A DNA stretch of 64,000 nt from Octopus sinensis. Lineage: Eukaryota. Positions within the stretch are counted from its first letter, which is position 1, and every line of letters starts with the position of its first letter. Under the pieces are notes generated by a model. The model ran no database searches. It was not told the origin of the DNA and saw only the letters and a list, made by a program, of their open reading frames with translations. The stretch covers positions 120,280,001 to 120,344,000 of the forward strand of contig NC_042997.1 in NCBI RefSeq assembly GCF_006345805.1. Direction: 5' to 3'. The position numbers and the translations under genes were made by a program. Shown here piece by piece: positions 12,705-25,914 of this stretch.

Positions 12705-13076
12705 TATTTCTTTATTGCCCACAGACAATACACAGAGGGGACAAAGAAGGACAGACAATGGGATTAAGTCGATTACATCGACCCCAGTGTGTGACTGGTA
12801 TTTATTTAATCAACCCCAAAAGGATGAAAGGCAAAGTCGACCTCGGCTGAATTTGAACTCAGAACGTAACGGCAGACGAAATACCTATTTCTTTACTACC
12901 CACAAGGGGCTAAACACAGAGAACAAAGAAGGAGAGACAAACGGATTAAGTCGATTATATCGACCCCAGTGCGTAACTGGTACTTATTTAATCGACCCCG
13001 AAAGGATGAAGGGCAAAGTCGACATCGGCCGAATTTGAACTCAGAAAGTAACGGCAGACGAAATACGGCTGAGCAT
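12705..13076 (-). mobile_element. SINE family 3 (Meta-domain-like), two tandem truncated units
   Basis: Reverse complement of the 51002-51400 element. The GTCGACTTTGCCTTTCATCCTT..GGGGT.GAT.AAATAA.TACCAG block occurs twice. Confidence 0.75.
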
Positions 13077-13173
13077 GTGCATGTATATATGTATGTATGC
13101 ATGTATGAATGTATATATTTATGTATATGCATGCATATTACTACCTTATGTAGGTATATATATATATATATAT

Positions 13174-13228
<55 letters not shown>

Positions 13229-13611
13229 GTGTTGTGTGCATATATACATATGTATGTTCATGCGGAGATGTGTATATGTAAACACGCCCATTCACATTCA
13301 CTGGAACAGACATACATGAATGTGTTACATACATATAAATCTACATAGTTATACATACGCGCACACATGTATATTGATATATATATGGTGGGGATGCCGT
13401 CCTGTTTTTAAGTATGTCGCGAAAGGCCTGGCTGGAGGGCCAATACCATGACTTATTTTTTAGGGCTTAAAAATTTGAAGGACGGCCACAATAAATGTGT
13501 GAATCTGAGATAGAATTTGCTGAATAAAATCGTAATTGATTGATCCTCAGCTATTTTGTTTTATCCGAAGTCAGGAAATTTTCAGCCCCACCCAACCTTG
13601 TGTATGTGTGC

Positions 13612-13672
<61 letters not shown>

Positions 13673-13685
13673 ATCTATATATATA

Positions 13686-13716
<31 letters not shown>

Positions 13717-13724
13717 GATATAAT

Positions 13725-14010
13725 AAATATTAGGGAATAAATCCAAATTTCAGGGAAAAAAATCAGATTTAGGATTAAATCCAATTTTATAGTAAAATAT
13801 TATATAATATAATATATTAATTAGAGACAAAACCACTATTTTGCAAAACAAACAAGGAAAGACTTAATCAATACATAAAATTTTAATAAAAAGTTAAAAA
13901 ACCGCCACTACAATTGTTTCATGTACTGATCGACAATCTTCAGGTGGATTTTCAAGTCAGTTTCAAATTTGTTTGTTTTGCAAAATAGTGGTTTTGTCTC
14001 TAATTAATAT
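13725..14010 (-). mobile_element. Family D: PLE pLTR-like fragment with a hammerhead between perfect 42-bp inverted repeats
   Basis: 13814-13855 is the exact reverse complement of 13969-14010. The HHR lies between them. Confidence 0.7.
13905..13947 (-). ncRNA. Minimal type-I hammerhead ribozyme
   Basis: CCAC-CUGAAGA-uUGUcgaucaguACAu-GAAAC-aauu-GUA^GUGG. Canonical core, palindromic stem III ACAAUUGU, weak stem II. Confidence 0.7.
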
Positions 14011-14087
14011 TATATATAGATATATATACATATATATGTACAAACATACACAACGCACACACACAGACGAACATATATATATATATA

Positions 14088-15669
14088 CAGTTGCGGCCAA
14101 AATGTTCAGAACGGCATTGATTTCGTCAGTAAAGTAGATATAAGTTTTTATCATATTTGTTTTATATTCTATAATTTTCACAGACAATAAATACAATATT
14201 AATTATTATTGTCTAAGATTTTGGTGTAATTTAAAAGGATAATACAAAAGTTATGGATGATCTAGTGATGTACTGCAAAACCCATGGCGGCCAAAATGAT
14301 CAGAACGGTTGAAAAAAATAACAAAATAATCAAAAATGACAGAGAATACTGGAATTATTTAATATTTTGTGTGAAGACCTTTAGCTTCAATCACACTTTG
14401 ACATCTTCGACTACATGAGGAAATTAAAATTTCAATTTCTTGCTGGGTGATCTTATTCCATTCTTTCTGAAGGGCATTCCATAATTGCTCTGTTGTTTTA
14501 GGACTTCGGGCTTTCAAACGTTCTCGTAGAATATTCCACACATTTTCAATAGGATTAAGATCTGGGCTTTGAGCAGGCCAATCCATAACAATAATCTTTT
14601 CAGCCTTGAGGAAGTTCATGACCACCTTAGCCTTGTGACATGGGGCATTGTCCTGCATGAATATGGGTGATCGCTATAGTTGAATTTCTTAGCACAGGCA
14701 AGACATGAACTTTTACAAGTTGTTTATAAACTCCTGCATTTACCTTTCCATGTAATCACACCAAAGGGCCCATACCATCTCCAGATATCATCCCCCAAAC
14801 CATGACACTTCCTCCACCGAATTTAACACTAGTCTTAAGGCATTTAGGCAACAATTTTTCACCTACTTTTCTACGAACGTACCTTTTCCCATCTGAGCCA
14901 AATAGCATAAACTTAGATTCATCACTGAAATGCAATGTTTGCCATTTTTCTTGAGACCACAACACATGTTCGGTTGCAAAGGTAAGACGACACTTTTCAT
15001 TCTTGGAGCTGCTCAGTGGTTTCACTGCAGGTGCTCTTGCTTGTAGGTCATGTTCAACTAAACGATGAGACACAGTGTTTCGAGATAAAGTTTTCTTCAA
15101 TACAATGCTCATTTTCCGAGAAACAGCAGCAGCAGTTTTAAATCTGTCCATTTTAACCAACTTTACCATAGCAAGATCTTGTTTTTCTTACCCTACCTGT
15201 AGACTTTTTTGCTTCACACGAACCACAATCATCGTAGACCTTAAGAATACCGTGAACAACACTTTTTCACTTGTTAACAATCTTTGCAATAGAACCAATA
15301 CTTAAATTATCCTACTTTCGAAGCTTAATATTCTGCTGACGAATTGGTAACGGAGTAAGTGGCATTATATTAACAAAGTACACTGCAGATACTCTTATTA
15401 ATGTTTAGTAAACGAACCGTCAGGTAAACAAATTCAAAACATTAGAGTTCACCGGTTAAATATACTAAAACACGGAGTAAAAGCAACCGTTCAGATCATT
15501 TTGGCCGCCATGGGATTTGCAGTAAATCACTAAATCCTCCATAACTTTTGTATTATTCTCTCAAATTACACCAAAATCTCAGACAATAACAATAAATATC
15601 GTATTTAAACACTTATACCCTAATTTTCTGACGAAAACAATACCATTCTGAACATTTTGGCGGCAACTG
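14088..15669 (-). mobile_element. Tc1-like DNA transposon (DD34E) with long IR/DR-type TIRs and TA target duplication
   Basis: TA|CAGTTGCGGCCAAAATGTTCAGAA ... TTCTGAACATTTTGGCGGCAACTG|TA. Inner direct repeats at 14287-14308 and 15487-15508. Confidence 0.95.
14359..15169 (-). pseudogene. Frameshifted Tc1 transposase
   Basis: HFSDESKF, VKFGGGSVMVWG, QDNAPCH and WPAQSPDLNPIENVW (D-34-E) are split over ORFs 14756-15169 and 14359-14658. Confidence 0.95.
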
Positions 15670-15678
15670 TATACAATA

Positions 15679-15735
<57 letters not shown>

Positions 15736-16199
15736 ATATATATACACACATCAATTAGTACAAATATATGTATACATACGTATGTCAGTACATGTACACA
15801 CATATATGTATATATATATATAATATATATGTGTGTGTGTATGTGTATGTACGAATGTATACATGTATATGGAAACTTACAACCAATCGCATACACACAC
15901 GCCCTTTCAGATTTACAATACTGGCGGAAGGACTACCTCACACAGTTGAGTCACCTGAGACAGTCTTGATAACTGGGACGAGACAAACAATGAAGAATAA
16001 GAGAAAAGAAGAGATGAAAGAATATGATTCTGCTGTAGCTACTGGTGCTGCTGTCGATGGTTATGATGATGATAGTGGAATCGATGAGAATAGAATAAAA
16101 AAGAATGTGGATGGCAGTGATACCGGGACGGCAGGAATTAATAGTTTGTCGATAATGATAGCGATGACGATGTTGGTGGGTAACGATGATGATGATGAC

Positions 16200-16232
<33 letters not shown>

Positions 16233-16379
16233 GACGATGATGATGATGATGACAATGATGGTGGTGATCGTGATGAGGATGGCGGCGACGTCGAGGCTGA
16301 CGAAGAGAGAAACTGTAAATTAATGTTGACAATGGAAGATTTAGTAACATTGATACCACCACGACCACCACGACCACCA

Positions 16380-16415
<36 letters not shown>

Positions 16416-16512
16416 ACTACTACTACTACTACTACTAATGCGGCTGCTGCTGCCACTACTACTACTACTATGAATAATACTTCTGCAGCAGCTGGAGATC
16501 CTGTTGCTGTTG

Positions 16513-16558
<46 letters not shown>

Positions 16559-16665
16559 GTGGTGGTGGCAGCAGTAGCAGCAGCAGCAGCAACTGTTGTT
16601 GTGATGACTGCGGCGGTGACAGCTGTAGATTTAGTAAGTATGTGGTAGTGCTGTTGATTGTATTG

Positions 16666-17401
16666 GAAGAGTAGAGGAGAATAAGAGAAGAGAAAGGAGA
16701 AGAGAAGAGAAGAAGAGAAGAAGAGAAGAAGAAGAAGAAGAAGAAGAAGAAGAAGAAGAGAGAAGAAGGAGAAAAGACGAAGAAGAAGAAGAAGAAGAGG
16801 AAGAAGAAGAAGAAAGAAGAAGAAGAAAAGAAGAAGGAGAAGAAGAAGAAGAAAAGAAGAGAAGAAGAAGAAGAAGAAGAAGGAGAAGAAGAAGAAGAAG
16901 AAGAAGAAAAGAAAAGAAGAGAGAAGAAAGAGAAGAAGAAGAAGAAGAAGAAGAGGGAGAAGAAGAAAAGAGAAAAGGAGAAGAAGAAGAGAAGAAGAAG
17001 AAGAAGAAGAGAAGAAGGAAGAAGAAGAAGAAGAAGAAGAAGAAGAGAAGAAGATGAAGAAGAGAAGAAGAGAAGAAGTAGGAAGGAGAAAAGAAGAAGA
17101 AGGAGAAGAAGAAGAAGAAGAAGAAGAGAGAAGAAGAAGAAGAAGAGATGAAGAAGAAGAAGAAGGAGAAGAAGAAGAAGAAAGAAGAAGAGAAGAAGAG
17201 AAGAAGAGAAGAAGAAGAAGAAGAAGAAGAAGAGAAGAAGATGAATGAGAGATGAGAAGAAGAAGAAAAGGAGAAGAAGAAGGAGAAGAAGAAAAGAGAA
17301 GAGAAGAAGAAGAAGACGATGAAGAAGAAGAAGGAGAGAAGAAGAAGAAGAAGAAGAAGAATGAAGAAGAAGAAAAGAAGAATGAATAGAAGAGAGAAGA
17401 G
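16666..17401 (+). repeat. Degenerate (GAA)n polypurine tract, ~730 bp
   Basis: Almost pure A/G on the plus strand. It is the source of the spurious 270-390 aa L/F/S ORFs. Confidence 0.95.
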
Positions 17402-18091
17402 TGAAATCTCGCGGCACAATAACAAGAGGATAAACAATAAAACGTGAACAATGAAGGCGAGGTTTGATGAGTGAGGGAATGAGAACGAACGTCATGAATG
17501 AGGGTAACATGTAGGTGGTAATGAATGAAAAATGAAAGAATAAGGCTTAGAACGGAAGATTAAAGAGGACACCTCCGCAATTTGTATATTTGCGTAGCAT
17601 GATCGACAGATTGAGAGCAGAGGGAAGGCGGGGGGGTTGGATAAATGTAAATATGGAGGGAAAGGAAGAGAGAAAAGAACGCGAGAGTGGGAGGGGTATA
17701 TGCGGAGGAGTTGAATATGTATATATAGAGAGAGATTGATTGTAGATAGATTAAATGGTTAAGCAGAAAAATTGTGAGTGAACGAGAGTGTGAGAGTGAA
17801 AGGGAGTGAAAGGAAATAGAGAGAGTGAGTGCGCGATATGAAGCATACAGGTTTATGGTGGTGAGACGGTACTCGAAGCATATTTATTAGAAGTTACTAT
17901 ATTTATAACAAATGTTTATATTATATTATATATTGTTGTGTGGTGTGTGTGGGTGTGGGTGGTTCCGAATGCTTCTGTGCCTTCCCGTACGTTCGTTTCT
18001 CTCTGGGTGTATATATGTATATTTATATAATATATATATATATATATCTAATATATTATATATATATATATTATATATATATATATATATT

Positions 18092-18343
18092 ATAAATTAA
18101 TAAATAAAAACATATGCATATATACATACATATATGTACGTACCTACCTCTGCATGTATATATACATGCATATATGGGTACAGGACACCCCAAAAAAAAA
18201 ACCCTGGAACACAATGAAAAATGAAAACATAAACACAAAACCAAGAACTGGACATTTTTCCTAAACAACGAAAAAATAGAGTACAGGAGAAATAACACAG
18301 AAATTCCCCTTCTTCAGTCGCCGTGGTTTCATCTACTCTGGCG

Positions 18344-18405
<62 letters not shown>

Positions 18406-18613
18406 CGTATATTTGTGTGTGTGTACAGAGAGAGGAGGGAGAAGTGAGAGATACATTCATATACAACACACACTGTCATGTATACAATATACATACATAA
18501 TATATATATATATATATATGTATATTTGTATACATGACATTGTGTGTATGTATATGAATGTCTCTCACTTCTCCCTCCTCTCCCTCCCTCTCTGTACACA
18601 CACACAAATATAC

Positions 18614-18657
<44 letters not shown>

Positions 18658-18906
18658 GCAGAGTAGATGAAACCACGGCGACTGAAGAAGGGGAATTTTC
18701 CTTGTGTTATTTCTCCTGTACTCTATTTTTTCGTTGTTTAGGGAAAATGTCCAGTTCCTTGGTTTTGTGTTTATGTTTTCATTTCTCATTGTGTTCCAGG
18801 GTTTTTTTTTTTTTTGGTGTCCTGTACCCATATATGCATGTATATATACATGCAGAGGTAGGTACGTACATATATGTATGTATATATGCATATGTTTTAT
18901 TTATTA

Positions 18907-18912
<6 letters not shown>
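18092..18912. repeat. ~820-bp near-perfect palindrome centred on a (TA)n tract at ~18500-18518
   Basis: Arms are reverse complements that differ mostly by small indels, e.g. CTTCTTCAGTCGCCGTGGTTTCATCTACTCTG / CAGAGTAGATGAAACCACGGCGACTGAAGAAG. Confidence 0.9.
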
Positions 18913-18947
<35 letters not shown>

Positions 18948-18975
18948 TACGCACATACATACATACATACATACA

Positions 18976-19007
<32 letters not shown>

Positions 19008-19584
19008 CATACATATATATATATAAACACATACATACAGAGATATAAACAAGGGTCAGACAACATTATCTATTGAGGCTTACCAGATTTTAATACAGAC
19101 ACGGTCATTGAAATTTGACTGCTATTTTCGCAGTCGTACAAACCACTCAGACGCTACAGAGCTTGTAGAATTTCTCGTTTCTATAAGCGGCCAATCTTAA
19201 AACAGACTTTGTTTTTGAAATACATACAGTACAATCAAGTGACGTTTAATTCATATTTCTGTAAATTACCATAGAACACGCCGTACATGTTACGTGTTTA
19301 TTGCAGTAAATATTCAGCTGTACCCACGTGCAAGACAGACAACATTTATAGCCTACACACGTCAATATAATTAGAGAAGCGTAATGAAACATGCCGTCAC
19401 ACATGAATAAATAGAGAAACTTTTACAAACGCTTATGTAATTATAGAAGCTGTGTGAAAGTTACACTCACTGATGAGGGAACAATGCATCTTCTATACTG
19501 TCACACAAAATGCGAGAAATAGCAGTAGGTCTACACTTCATATTACACAACAGATTCGTAAAATCACTCATTAAAAAAATATCA

Positions 19585-19655
<71 letters not shown>

Positions 19656-20165
19656 CATGTAACAGACACAAGACACACGTAAACACACACACTTCCGGTA
19701 ACGAAATATACTAACCCTTCATAGACTGAGCACCAGTAAACGACTTGATGGCCATGGTCAGAAAGCCTTCAGTCTCTGCTGTGCAGACCATAGGTCACCT
19801 AAGTACAAACAACAACAGAAACAACATCACCACTAACAATATTAACATACATGAAACTGTCATGGCTATGTTCATATGAATATGAGTGTGTTTTTTATAT
19901 ATACGTAAATATATATATATATATATATGCATATATGCGTGTGTGTAAGTATATATACCTGTGTGTATATACATGCAAATATATTTACACGCGCGGTTGT
20001 GTATGAGTGTGTGTGTGTTATGTATGCAGTAGTTTTTCTATATTTTTCTATAAAAATGTATACATATATACATATTCATACATATATACATACATTCATA
20101 TATATACATACATATATATTAATATATATATAATATATATATAATATATATATATAAATATATAT

Positions 20166-20196
<31 letters not shown>

Positions 20197-20601
20197 AATA
20201 TATATGTATATACATATGTATGTACTATATATATGACAACATATTTTCGCAAGCACTTGTATGGGCTTCTAATGTTAAGTGTATTTATATGTATTCCCAC
20301 CGTGACATAATATAATTAGTTTATATCAGTAACGCATTTAATTAGCTCTCTGAAATAAGCGAATGGTGTATATTTTTATATTTACTTTTATGGAAAATAG
20401 CTTCCATTGATAGTGATGTGTATTGTAGCTGCTAAATGGTAAATAGTTTGTTGTATAGTCAGAATAATTACGGTATAGGGATTGCAAATATCTTAATAAA
20501 AGAAATTGAAATTCCTTTTATATATAAGGCGTACCTTTGTAATTATGTGTCCATGAATGTACATATATGCAGAAATACTGACACGTAAGATATATATATA
20601 T

Positions 20602-20632
<31 letters not shown>

Positions 20633-20683
20633 GCATATGTACATACACATGTGTACATACTAATTATAATATATAATATATTG

Positions 20684-20714
<31 letters not shown>

Positions 20715-20738
20715 ATATATATATATATATATATGTAA

Positions 20739-20781
<43 letters not shown>

Positions 20782-20814
20782 TATGTACATACAACATGTG
20801 TACATACTTATATA

Positions 20815-20857
<43 letters not shown>

Positions 20858-22162
20858 CACAGGGACGTCATGATACGTGTACGACCAAAAGGTACGAAGC
20901 ACGCGTACATGGAACATGAAATCTTCATTAGAACAACGAAAGACACAAATGGAAAACAAAAACAGAAACATCAAGAACGACCCTTCATCAGTTGTTGGCT
21001 GTTCTACTAGTCTAGTATTTCGAGCATTTAACAACAATATACGTTGCTCCCACGAAACAAATTAAATAAAATTTGGGGTTTTACGGAGGGTCAAAATAGG
21101 TAACACAAACAGGACATATATATCGATACATGTATGTTTGTGCATGCATATATGCATTGTCTCACAAACTGGATCTTCGTCGCTTAGAACGACTCGTGTT
21201 CCAGTTGATCCGATCAATGAAACAGTCTGCTCAAGATATTAACATGCAAGTGGCTGAGCGACCCACAGACCCGCGTATGCTTTACATAGTTTTCATGGAG
21301 GATGAATGTCAGGCAATATGTGACAAGGCTGGCCTCTTTTAAATATAGGTACATTACAGGAGCAATGTAAAATAAAGGGTTTTACTCACGGATAGACTGA
21401 AAATTCCCGGAATCGATCTCACAGTTTCACAAGACGACGTATTCAAATATACTCACGCGCTCGCGCACAGACACACACGCACAGGCACACACGCACTCAC
21501 ACACACATATAAAGAAATCAATATTCATTTATATATGTATGTCTATGCATGTATGGGTGCATGTCACGAACAACATGTGTGTGTGTGTGTTTGTGTGTGT
21601 GTGCATGTGTATGTGTGTGTGTGTGTGTTAATATAGAATTATGTTTTATTCCAGTAGAAATCAAGAGGTCGGAAATAAAATCGATAAACACCGTTACACT
21701 GTGTCAGCTGTTGCCCTATTGAACGTGAGCACACGTGTGACTGCATACATCCATAAAATGCATGAATAAATACATACATACGTATCCACACATGGATATT
21801 TGTTCATGCACCCTGATCTCATTAATATATATATACTTCAACACTATTTAAATATTTATTCATTTGGTGTTAAGCTTGTAAAACCTTTCACTTGTCTTAT
21901 CCACACTCCGATTCGTTTTCTCTATCTGTTTAAAATTTAAGTGAGACTAGAAAAACTCTTAGCCATTTAGAATCTATAATAGACGCTCCTCTCCCGATGA
22001 AAGCTATTCGCAGCTAAAGGTCAATATAAATACAGAATATTCTTCATTTTCTGAGTGCCAATTATAGTAGTTATGGATGCAAACCATAACATTCAACGGA
22101 ATTCGTGTCTATCTCTCTATCTATCTGTTAATTTATTTATATGTCTGTGTGTCTATCTATGC

Positions 22163-22215
<53 letters not shown>

Positions 22216-22341
22216 CTATCTATCTATCTATCTATCTGTCTGTCTATCTGTTTGTCTGACTAATGTCCTTCTGTCTGTCTGCCTATGTATCTGTCTATCT
22301 ATCTATCCGTTTATCTATTAATTTATTTATATACCTGTGTG

Positions 22342-22382
<41 letters not shown>

Positions 22383-22534
22383 ATCTATCTATCTATCTAT
22401 CCGTCTATCTATCTGTCGCTCTGTCTGTCATACTGTCTGCCTGCCTGCCTGCCTGTCTCTGTCTGTCTGTCTATCTATGTGTCAATCAATCTATCTATAC
22501 ACCTATTCATCTAACCCTCCATCCATCCATTCAT

Positions 22535-22598
<64 letters not shown>

Positions 22599-22773
22599 TA
22601 ATCTAAACGTATATCTGCCTTTCTTTTTACCTCTCCATCCGTCCGTGACCTATCTTTCTGTCTGTCTATCTATTCATCTACCCGCCAACCTAATTATTCA
22701 TTTATCTATGAAACAATCTTCTGATATGCACGCGTGTGTATGTGTGAGTGCGTTGCGTGCGTGTGTGTGTGTG

Positions 22774-22824
<51 letters not shown>

Positions 22825-23313
22825 TAGACAGACAGACAGACAGACAGTGTGTGTGAGTGTGTATGCAAGCATCATAAACTTGTCAACTGTGTCGTGGGTT
22901 ATTTTATGAATGTATTAGGCCCTGATAAGATTCTTGCTGTATTTCAGTTACTCTATTGGCAGGGAACTCTTTGTTTAAAAAGCCCCCGCTGACAGACGAA
23001 ATTATTTAAATAAATAAATAAAAAGCAAAATGAAGGGGGGGCACGAACGAAGCATTTTCTCTATCTACATATAAAGGACACTTACTCTCTAGTTTTATGC
23101 CTTCACAAATTCATATATGAATAGGTAACGTGTTTATATGAAATACAGCTACACTGTCAATTGTTATGACACTGGCGCACACATGTTTTCCGGCACTCTC
23201 ACACTCATCCATCTATCCATGAGACAGGGCGCTTAGCTATTCCTTCATCCTTACACGCACACACACATACAAACACACACATTATGGAAAAATTGTGCAA
23301 AATGTATAAATGG

Positions 23314-23348
<35 letters not shown>

Positions 23349-23622
23349 GCTCTCCGTCGGTAACGATGCCGAGGGTTCGACTTGATCCGATCAACGGTAC
23401 AACCTGTTAGTAAAATTAATGTGCATGTAGCTGAGCACTCCACAGACACTTGTACTCTTAACATAGTTCCCAGGGAGATTCAGCGTGATACATTGTGTAA
23501 CAAGTTTGGCCCTTTGTAATACAAGTACTCTCTGCCTTTTTGGCAACTGAGTGCACTATATATATCCCTTTATCCCTTTAGTAGTCTCAGTCACTGGACT
23601 GTGGTCATGCTGGAGCACAAAC

Positions 23623-23670
<48 letters not shown>

Positions 23671-24119
23671 AGAGGTGTGTGTACGTCTGAGTGTATATGT
23701 GTATGTATAATCATTAAAAACACCATCTCGGTGTAATTACAAGATACCACTTTTTTGTATGGGACAAGTAACAAAATCAAAAACTGTTGTAGCGGTCAGC
23801 TGTGCGGTGGATGCAATTTACTCGTCTAATATTGTTGGAGATATAACATCTATGGAGTAGAAATAAACCTTTATTTCTTATTGTCAATCAATAGATTTTA
23901 AAGTATAATTGTGATCACGTCTTCACTACCTTACGTAACAATGGATTTCTATGAAAACCTACAAATACTGGGGTTATATCACAGAGGAAAAGATGTGGAG
24001 CCTACAGTCACTCGAAATACACAAGAATATAAGAAGCGTGTTCCAGCCAAAACCTGTGAAAAATAAGACAAGTTAGATGTCCCAGAAGGCTTTGACAGAG
24101 AAATAATGGTAGCAGAAGA

Positions 24120-24317
24120 AATACCTCGCTGGCGTGGATGTGTACTAAGAAGCTTACTTCATGGTTTCGGGTTCAGTCCCACTCACACTGCGTGGCGCAT
24201 TGGACAAGGGTTTTATACTATAATCTCGGGCCGACCAAAGCTTTGCGAGTGGATTTGGTAGACGGAATGTGACAGAAGCAGGTCATATATATGTGTGTAT
24301 GTGTGTGTGTGTATATA

Positions 24318-24366
<49 letters not shown>

Positions 24367-24729
24367 TTTTGCTTTTTCATTTCACTGCAACCGTGCTGGA
24401 GCACCGCTTCTCGTCGAATAAATCGATAAATCGCTCTGCTTTGTCGAACTCCTAAGTTACGGGGACGTAAATACACCAACATCAGTTGTAAAGCTACGAT
24501 GAGGAGACAAAAAGACACACACACACAAACACACAAACACACAAACGTCGTATATATACGACGGGCTTCTTTCAGTTTCCGTCTACCAAATCCACTCAGT
24601 AGCCTTTGGTCAGTCCGAGGCTATAGTCGTAGTTATTTGCTCAAGATGCCACGCAATGGGACTAAACCTGAAACCATGTGGTTGGGAAGCAAACTTCTTA
24701 CCACACAGCGACTCCTGATGTCTGTCTGT

Positions 24730-24796
<67 letters not shown>

Positions 24797-25030
24797 CCTA
24801 TCTATATGTGTGTGTTTGTGTGTGTCTCTTTCTGTCCGTGTTTGTCCCTCTGCTTGACAAACTGCGTAGGTGTTTACGTCTCCATAACTTAGCAGTTCGG
24901 CAATAGAGATCCGATAGAATAAATACTAGGCTTATGAAATAAATCTTGGGGTCAATTTGATCGACTAAAATCATTCAGGGCGGTGCCCCAGCATGGTAGT
25001 AATTGGAGAAACAAGTAAAAGTTAAAAGAA
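24120..25030. mobile_element. Nested SINE family 1 pieces (plus 24120-24300, minus ~24365-24718, plus ~24810-25030)
   Basis: GGCCGACCAAAG..GAGTGGATTTGGTAGACGGAA and the tail segments match 63391-63797. Confidence 0.75.
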
Positions 25031-25584
25031 TAAATCAGAAATTTCTTTCTACATCGGGATTATAACTTTAGATTTATACCTGTAATTAACGAGGAACTTA
25101 ATCTTGTATCTGATTCTGTCTTGAAAATCTGGGCTTTTTAAAACCAAAAATATGGGCGAATTAGTCAAATTAAAAAATGAAAATCTATTAATAAAATCGT
25201 GGAACTACGTAAAACTTTTCCGGTACGTTTTCAAGTGCGGAACCGGTGTCTGGTCAAAATACGTAACTTTGTAATTCGACAAGTAGTTATCGACTTACGT
25301 TAGCACCAAAGAGGAAATAAGCATTGTTGACGGTAGGATCAAGAAACTTGATGACAGTGCACCAGCATGACCGTAACCAATGTTTGTTTACGATATAAAT
25401 ATACAACACACACACGCCGCACGCGTACACACATACACTCACGGACTAGCTATACGCTGTGACAAATAGAAAACGAATCGCTAATAATGTTTGCACCACT
25501 GTATCTACAGTAATATCTTAGAAACATGCCAGTGACTACTAATAATCGATTCTGCGTAAAGGTCCCCACTAAGTATTTATCATT

Positions 25585-25855
25585 ATTATTATTTTAATTA
25601 TTATTGCTCAGGATAGTCCTGGATCTGTGAGTCCTTGATCTGATAGTCCTTGATTGGCCCTAGCTGGAGTTCCTCTTGTATCACAAGGACTGAACCATTC
25701 ATATTTTCATATACTTTCTTTAGTATACATGCTTTTCAATTTAATATACATCGCTTTTCACTGCTTTTCCACTTCTTTCTCCCCATCTTCTCTGTAAATC
25801 CCTGTACAAATTGCCTATCTTTGTGATGTCTTCCACATTATGCGCCTGTGGCTAA
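25585..25855 (-). mobile_element. Probable 3' end of a LINE ending in (AAT)n (Dong-like)
   Basis: Complex segment bracketed by (ATT)n on both sides, with the minus-strand end running into AATAAT. Loosely resembles 8100-8300. Confidence 0.35.
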
Positions 25856-25863
25856 TAAAAGAA

Positions 25864-25914
<51 letters not shown>

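Noticed and set aside
15768-17510. Longest ORFs in the window (269-389 aa)
   Set aside because: They are built from GAT, TAC, AGT and GAA repeats and show no domain. Trinucleotide tracts simply lack stops in some frames.
18660-18705. GAAAC...CTGAAGAAGGGG as a permuted hammerhead (similar motif on minus ~20980-21025)
   Set aside because: The boxes are in type-II order but there is no valid stem II register, and no UH site plus stem I.
19460-19500. CTGATGA at ~19470 (also ~37601)
   Set aside because: No downstream stem II-GAAA-stem III.
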